Source of the DNA: Mayamaea pseudoterrestris
Lineage: Eukaryota
Direction: 5' to 3'
Length of the DNA: 64,000 nucleotides
Assembly (NCBI GenBank): GCA_027923505.1
Contig: BROI01000002.1
Coordinates: 2,666,001-2,730,000 of the forward strand
Position numbers and translations under genes: made by a program
Part shown: in pieces, positions 58,182 to 64,000 of the stretch
Position numbering within the stretch: position 1 is the stretch's first letter
How the letters are laid out: each line of letters starts with the position of its first letter
The notes under the pieces: model-generated
Told to the model about the DNA's origin: nothing
Databases searched by the model: none
The model's input: only the letters and a program-made list of their open reading frames with translations

Positions 58182-61100
58182 TGTGAGCTTATCGCTCCGC
58201 TACATCGACCATGGAAGATCATCCGATCAATCCGTTTCTTTCAATCACATTACATCAGTCGTAACTGGTCGTTCCATTCATACAACGCATCCACACGTCG
58301 GTTGCGCACTTTCTTCATTCACATGTCACATACGACAGCTGCGGACTCGACACAAGCTAATTAGGGTTCGGGCTCTTGACTTCGCCGCTCTGCGACTTGT
58401 CACTCCCCTCGGGTACGCTGCTCGTCGTAGCCGCATTCTTGTCCTTCACAATCGCATACGATGTATCGCCGCACCAAAACAATACTGGCTTGAGCAATGG
58501 CATCGCATCACAGTACGGCAGGTACTTCGTCAGTATCGTCCGCAATGTTCTCCTTTCCGTCAATCTTCACAACTTGAGTAATCCGCAGCAACTGCCCAAC
58601 GAACACGATGGTAGGCCAACGCATTGTGTCGCTTGGACAATGTCCGAACTCAGGATTGTAGATTGTGTAATCACTGCTTGGTTGTCTCCGTACATCCAGG
58701 CAGACTTCTCCAATGGCGTACGCCCATAGCCATGAGCGATGCGCGTCGAGAAATGCTGATATCCGTTCCACTCTTTGCTACCGCCGACTTCCGATCCGGG
58801 TCGCAGTCTCGACTGTGGCCTGGAGTTTGCAATGCCAGTCGATTGGCGTTCTGGTTGACAAATGACAAAAAACTCCTTCCAATGACTTGCCTGTCACCAT
58901 GCAATCCATGAGCACGCATCCTCGAAAGTTGATGTTCGTACAGTCACACCCTTTGGCGGTGGGTGCAGACGTCCAACATCTCATCAACTCCGTCCTTCCC
59001 GTGAACGCTGCGCTCCAATCTTGTTCCTCCATGGTGCCGAAGTGCTCCTCGTTGGCTCCGTTCGTACGGAAACGGATTGCTGCGTCCGGTAACTCTCGCA
59101 AATATCCACAGACTCGCTTCACCCGCTGCAGGTGTCCCTTGCGCGGCTCCACACGGAATCGCGACAGACTCACAACTGCTACGGCAATGTCAAATCGTCC
59201 CAAAGTAATCGCCCACTGAAGTGCTCCGACTAGAGACTGGTAAATCTTCTTCTCTTGGTCGTTCAGTAGCTCGCTTTGGTCAAGTTCGGGATGATCGTCT
59301 TTGTCGATTGGTGATGAATACTTCTTCGGAGGACCTTCAAACAACCGCTCGTACTGCGCCAAGAGTTTCGCAACGTAGGTCTTGGCCGACCAGTAAAGAG
59401 TTCCATCAGGGTCTCGTCCAAAGTCACCGCCGAGATGATACTCGGGATGTCCAACACCTTTGAGCTTAAACTTGTACTTCTCCTCTAGCATCTTGAAGAA
59501 CGCTGCTGGATCGTCTGAAATATTCAACAGATCGTCGACCCATACACAGAGGTAGTCGTAGCTGTCGCCGGCGTCCTTGATCCACAGATCGGAATCGCAA
59601 TAGGACGGCTTCCACCCTTCCGCAAGTAGGGCGTCGGCTAAGCGTTCGTGAAATCGTGCTCCGCTCGTTCGCAATCCGTACAAAGCCTTGACGATGACCA
59701 GGATGTGTCCTTCGCGCTCCCCGAACTCGGGGCCTCCAACGAAGTATACCTTCTCCTTGGTGAACGCTTCGAGATAAGCATTCCCAATGTCACCGACCAT
59801 GCACTTCTTGCCGTTCGCTTCTCCAATGACGAGAGCTAGACGCATTGCCTTCAATGAGATAACACTGGAGTAGGCATCGTCGTTGTCTTTCGTCATGTGG
59901 CCGCCTGCAACGAGACGTGCCTTGTATCGCAAATCGTGCTTGACATCGTACACAAAATGGACTCGGATCTTCTGGTAACCAGTTGGTGGTGTTGTGGTGG
60001 AACTCGGACCGAGATCTTGAAACGTCTCGTACTCGTCCAGGTTCGCAAGCTCCACGCCTTCTGCATCCGTCCACTTCGTGTGTCCTGCAGCTTCTTGTAG
60101 ACGTCGCGCTTCCTTCCAATCTCGGGGTACTTGGACTCCAAACTTGTAGCGCGGTCCGTTCTTCTGCTGCTCCATTCGGGCGATCGCCACCTTGCGCGCA
60201 ACCTTCTTGGCGTTCCGGGCCCATCGATTCAACGATGTCCATCCGTCCTTGTCGAGAAGATTATGCTTTTGCGCGTAGGCTGCCACTGATACTTTGTCGC
60301 TTTCGATCATCGCGTTGAGAGGCTCCCAAGTCTTGGATCCATCGTCCCATTGTACAAGGACGTTCCACTTGGAGTGCTTCCAGTTCTTCGACTTGCTCGT
60401 CAGCGGACCCTGATGGTCTAGAATCTCCTTGAAGAACCATTTACGCTCAGGATTCGCCATGTCTTGGTTCACTTCGGCCTCGTAGAGATCGGAAACCTCG
60501 ACATACGACATGATTTCGTCCGCTTCGCCGTTGCCAAGCTTCAGCATCATTTTAATGTTCTGATGGTTCTGGGCGTCGCGGTTGTTCAGCTTGCTCATGA
60601 CGGTCGCTCGAACTTCTTGCCCGTCGTCCGTCTTCATGAGAAACGACTTGCCGATAAGTTCATCGGGTGCATACTTCGGGAGTTTGCGCCACGGATTGAT
60701 GTTCTTCTTCTTCGGCTTGTCGTCGTCGTCATCGTCATCGGCAGGATTCGGATCTAGCTCCCCGTCGGTCATATCGTCGTCTTCCGGGTATTCCACCGTC
60801 TCGACCAAAGGGGTATCGTCTTCGTCAGGAATGAAAGAATCATCGTCTCTGCTGTCGGCGTCGGTAATCTTCTTGATCATTTCCGGCATAAGGATCTCGC
60901 CACCTAGACCAGGTACGGTATAGAGACGCGGCTCCCCTTCTTTCATGACTGGGGAAGCAGGTGCCGGTACGCGAAGGTTCAAAAATTTTGGGTCATTTCG
61001 GGGTAAGCAAACCGATCGCGTCATGATCTCGTGGGTCTCGCAATCACAGATGAAGTACGTCAGGTCGTCTCCGCACGTCGTGTTGGGACCAAGCCAGTAC

Positions 61101-64000
61101 GCCGCGCGCTGGCGGGTACCCGGGGCCTCGACATCCTTGACAAAGTAGTTGACAATTTCAAACCAACGAAAATGCAAATACTTCGACACGTCGGGGACTT
61201 GCCCAGTGATAAACTCGATGGGAGACTTGCCGTCCAAGGCAGGATGCGACAAATGACGGTACATCTCGGTCTGAAAGAGTAAAGCGCGTAGCCAGAAGCA
61301 TGCCGGAGTGCCTGTTCGGTCCATAAGTCGTTCATGACTTTCCTTGACGTGTCCGATGATGCGCTCGGCTGGATTTTGATTCTGGTAGTACGGCTCCGAT
61401 GTATGACGACGGCGAATCATGAACTCGCGCATTACTTCGTCAAACTCGGCACTCATCGCTTCTTTCGCATTATCCGAGAAGACTTCCAACGGAGCTCCAA
61501 ACTCGCGGATGAAATCACGGAATCGTTTCGGTACGTCACCTTTCGTCCGCATGGGATACACGACAATGATCTGACTGCGACAGCCATAGAATAGCTGCAC
61601 GCATGTGCACCCTGCATGTCCGTCGATATGATCATCCATGGCTGGTTCGTCGAAGAACATGGTGTCATGGGCCACTCGATCATCTAGACGGTAGACGTTC
61701 AGGAATCGGCTCTTTCGATGCATTCGTGGGGGGTATCGGCGCTCGTGCATGTTGAACTGCGTGCTGTGGCGCAAAGTATCCTTGATCGTCTGCGCCGGGT
61801 ACCATGCAAAGTTCGGCAGCAATGCGTCGATATCAGGTTTCTTTGGCAGGATAGACTTGTAGGGCTGATAGACGAGATCCGCATTGTACTTCTGTACGAC
61901 GGCACAAACATTCAGCTCCTTCTCGGTGTAAACAGGTTGATTGTCGTGTCCGAGATTCGTATACGTCACGTTGCTTTGACGATGGGTGCGATTCCGCGTA
62001 CGCGAACGTGTCACGCGCGTGAAGCCCTCTTCGTCGTCACTGTCTTCGTCGTCTTCGTCGCGCGACAACAAGTCCGGTACGTCGTCCTCGTCGTCATCGT
62101 CATCCGAAGAGTCATAGTCGTCGTCCTCGGTCGGCTCGACGTCAAACTCATTCGGATCCCAAGGTCCATCGAAGGTCATCATGACCCGAGGTAAGGTGTG
62201 AAGCTCATGCGCCGACACTGGAAACATTGGCAAGGTCGCCATGCCACTTTCCATCCCGAGCATAAACTTGTATCCATCTGGCGTTTCGATTCGTAACTTG
62301 CCACCAAAGTTGTAATGCTTGTCGTTGACATGAAGTCCGAAGGCTTCCATCTGCATACTCGAATGAATCGTCTTGCCGGTTCCAGAATATGCGTAATTAT
62401 GGAACTCGCCGACGACCCAACCCTTGGTGCTCTTAAGCTTGGCGACTGCTGTGACGGTAGACAGGTCCGGAAGTTTGAGACCACCGACTCCAGTGACTTC
62501 AATCTTGTGGAACTTGTCCTCGGTAAGGATGCGGCCGTCCGCTCCCCATACTCCGCCACTCGCGCCGCGATCGACAGTCGACGCTGAATGCTTATCCAAG
62601 TCAATGCTCGCGACTTTGTACTTGCGACTCTGAGCGATATTCGCTCCCCGAGTCGTAGTCGTGGGCTGGTCTGGACCTAAGAAACTTCGCATCGCTGAGC
62701 CACGGCTGGTGTTGTTCACACGCTCAGTCGCTGCACTCGCCGTCGTTGCCGCTGATGAAGTGGCTGCGACGTTTGCGTTGCGTGTTGTACTCGTCGTCTG
62801 CGTGGTGCCTGCCTGTGTTGCTGATGTCGAACCACCTGCAGCACTGGCCGCTCGACTCGTACCACGGCGTTCAAACACTTCATGTTGCTGATCGCGGGTA
62901 AGGAGTCGCCACGTGTTTGGTGGAATCGTCGCATTCACGTCGCTGGGGATTTCGATCGTCTTCGTGTCGGCATAGCTGCGAACATACGTACGAGTATCTC
63001 CCCGACCGCGGCCGCTGCCGCCGCCTCGTCCTGTGCTCAAGTCGCCGCGACCACCGCCCCCCTGACTGGATTGCTGATTGTTGCTGCTACTTGGCGTAGA
63101 CTGGGAATTGTTCGCGCTTGCCTTCTTCGTCTTCTCCTTCTCTTTCTTGGTCTGCTCAGATTGGTTCGCCTGACGCTTCTCGGTCTCCTTGATGCCACGA
63201 CGATTGTCAGATTGACGTGCGACGTCGTTCAGGAGGTTCCAAAACTGGGTGTACGCCATCGGGTTGCCGGTCTTGGACTCTTCGATCAGCGCCATGTTCA
63301 CCGCCGCTGCCATATCCGCATGGCGGAAAACCGCGCGTTCCAAAATCTGACGCTTCGTGCTTGCTGTAAGTAGCTCGGTTTCCTCGGCGTAGTCATTGTA
63401 GTTCTCTTCCTTGCTGGACCACTGGATAAGCCAATTGACGAGAGACTTGGCGTAACCCGCGTCGAGGGTGAAGTTGCGCCATTCGTCTTCGGCCGAACGT
63501 AGATCCAACTTGCGCGCCATCCCGTCGAGGAATGTCGCCTCCAACTCTGCAATGCACGCTGAGGCATTCGCGCTGTCGATGTGCTTGCGGACAATGAGCT
63601 TGCTCTGCGGAGTCTTGCAGGTATACTCGAGCGCCGCTAAAAGCTTCGAACACTGATACTGATACTCGGCGAATTCGGGCTCGAGTGCAGCTGGTGCCTT
63701 GAACTCGTCGTCCCAAAAGTAGCCAAGTCGCTCGCTTCGCATGCGGTTATTGAAGGCCCGCCAGTAGGAGCAGAACTTGCGATCGTTCTTAAGCTCCAGC
63801 ATGGTCTTCAGATCCAGCTTGATGTCATGTCGCTTCGTCGTGTTGTCGTTGCCTCCGATAACGCTGAAGTCTCCGAAACTGCGGTTGCCTGCGGTCGGTG
63901 ACCCCGGTGCTACTGGGAGGTCTCGGCTCGTAATCTGGTCTTTCTCCAAGTCTTGCCATTGCGCAGTCGTCCGACGTTGCTCGTGAATCCAACTCATGAG
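58182..64000 (-). mobile_element. Ty1/copia (CoDi-like) element, second family, 5' LTR outside the window
   Basis: PPT GAGGGGAG at 58410-58403 followed by TGACA, so the 3' LTR starts at 58402. The far end near 58182 is tentative. Confidence 0.93.
58778..63997 (-). CDS. gag-pol polyprotein (1739-aa ORF; RNase H frameshifted to about 58430)
   Basis: STVDRGASGG, VAHDT/FSDNA/QNPAERII, YKARLVAGGH, GDIGNAYL, LCVWVDDL, then ENIAD and LTKYLPY in shifted frames. Confidence 0.92.
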   Translation of the reverse strand: MSWIHEQRRTTAQWQDLEKDQITSRDLPVAPGSPTAGNRSFGDFSVIGGNDNTTKRHDIKLDLKTMLELKNDRKFCSYWRAFNNRMRSERLGYFWDDEFKAPAALEPEFAEYQYQCSKLLAALEYTCKTPQSKLIVRKHIDSANASACIAELEATFLDGMARKLDLRSAEDEWRNFTLDAGYAKSLVNWLIQWSSKEENYNDYAEETELLTASTKRQILERAVFRHADMAAAVNMALIEESKTGNPMAYTQFWNLLNDVARQSDNRRGIKETEKRQANQSEQTKKEKEKTKKASANNSQSTPSSSNNQQSSQGGGGRGDLSTGRGGGSGRGRGDTRTYVRSYADTKTIEIPSDVNATIPPNTWRLLTRDQQHEVFERRGTSRAASAAGGSTSATQAGTTQTTSTTRNANVAATSSAATTASAATERVNNTSRGSAMRSFLGPDQPTTTTRGANIAQSRKYKVASIDLDKHSASTVDRGASGGVWGADGRILTEDKFHKIEVTGVGGLKLPDLSTVTAVAKLKSTKGWVVGEFHNYAYSGTGKTIHSSMQMEAFGLHVNDKHYNFGGKLRIETPDGYKFMLGMESGMATLPMFPVSAHELHTLPRVMMTFDGPWDPNEFDVEPTEDDDYDSSDDDDDEDDVPDLLSRDEDDEDSDDEEGFTRVTRSRTRNRTHRQSNVTYTNLGHDNQPVYTEKELNVCAVVQKYNADLVYQPYKSILPKKPDIDALLPNFAWYPAQTIKDTLRHSTQFNMHERRYPPRMHRKSRFLNVYRLDDRVAHDTMFFDEPAMDDHIDGHAGCTCVQLFYGCRSQIIVVYPMRTKGDVPKRFRDFIREFGAPLEVFSDNAKEAMSAEFDEVMREFMIRRRHTSEPYYQNQNPAERIIGHVKESHERLMDRTGTPACFWLRALLFQTEMYRHLSHPALDGKSPIEFITGQVPDVSKYLHFRWFEIVNYFVKDVEAPGTRQRAAYWLGPNTTCGDDLTYFICDCETHEIMTRSVCLPRNDPKFLNLRVPAPASPVMKEGEPRLYTVPGLGGEILMPEMIKKITDADSRDDDSFIPDEDDTPLVETVEYPEDDDMTDGELDPNPADDDDDDDKPKKKNINPWRKLPKYAPDELIGKSFLMKTDDGQEVRATVMSKLNNRDAQNHQNIKMMLKLGNGEADEIMSYVEVSDLYEAEVNQDMANPERKWFFKEILDHQGPLTSKSKNWKHSKWNVLVQWDDGSKTWEPLNAMIESDKVSVAAYAQKHNLLDKDGWTSLNRWARNAKKVARKVAIARMEQQKNGPRYKFGVQVPRDWKEARRLQEAAGHTKWTDAEGVELANLDEYETFQDLGPSSTTTPPTGYQKIRVHFVYDVKHDLRYKARLVAGGHMTKDNDDAYSSVISLKAMRLALVIGEANGKKCMVGDIGNAYLEAFTKEKVYFVGGPEFGEREGHILVIVKALYGLRTSGARFHERLADALLAEGWKPSYCDSDLWIKDAGDSYDYLCVWVDDLLNISDDPAAFFKMLEEKYKFKLKGVGHPEYHLGGDFGRDPDGTLYWSAKTYVAKLLAQYERLFEGPPKKYSSPIDKDDHPELDQSELLNDQEKKIYQSLVGALQWAITLGRFDIAVAVVSLSRFRVEPRKGHLQRVKRVCGYLRELPDAAIRFRTNGANEEHFGTMEEQDWSAAFTGRTELMRCWTSAPTAKGCDCTNINFRGCVLMDCMVTGKSLEGVFCHLSTRTPIDWHCKLQATVETATRIGSRR

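Noticed and set aside
23757..63986. Numerous antisense or overlapping ORFs within the long genes and polyproteins
   Set aside because: Shadow ORFs with no recognisable motifs.

Overview
Eukaryotic nuclear DNA, most likely from a diatom, judged from GT-AG introns, bipartite plastid-targeting presequences and CoDi-like Ty1/copia elements. The first ~29 kb is a repeat block with mirror architecture: 174-bp satellite A (+), 169-bp satellite B (+), a copia remnant, satellite B (-), a complete 6.63-kb copia element with 329-bp LTRs, then degenerate satellite A (-). The 30-52 kb region is gene-dense: a 3'-truncated plastid EF-4/LepA broken by a copia fragment, ribosomal protein P2, a plastid membrane protein, VPS15, MER3/HFM1, an NCA2/DGS1-like gene, a hypothetical gene, and WDR5 head-to-head with a SUZ12-like VEFS-box gene. 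The 52-64 kb region holds decayed sequence, an old copia 3' end with a young solo LTR of the same family, a 30-bp palindromic mini-array, a MYND-finger gene and a second copia family. The most notable observations are (1) a primer-binding site that appears complementary to the anticodon arm of tRNA-Asn(GUU), implying half-tRNA priming, (2) a Tudor-like plus chromodomain-like module between integrase and RT in both copia families, and (3) nucleosome-length, dyad-rich satellites that may mark a centromere or heterochromatin. Parts of the window (about 12.8-18.6 kb, 22.2-23.6 kb, 58.4-59 kb) are indel-rich and may contain long-read consensus errors. All calls are from reading the sequence; no searches were run.
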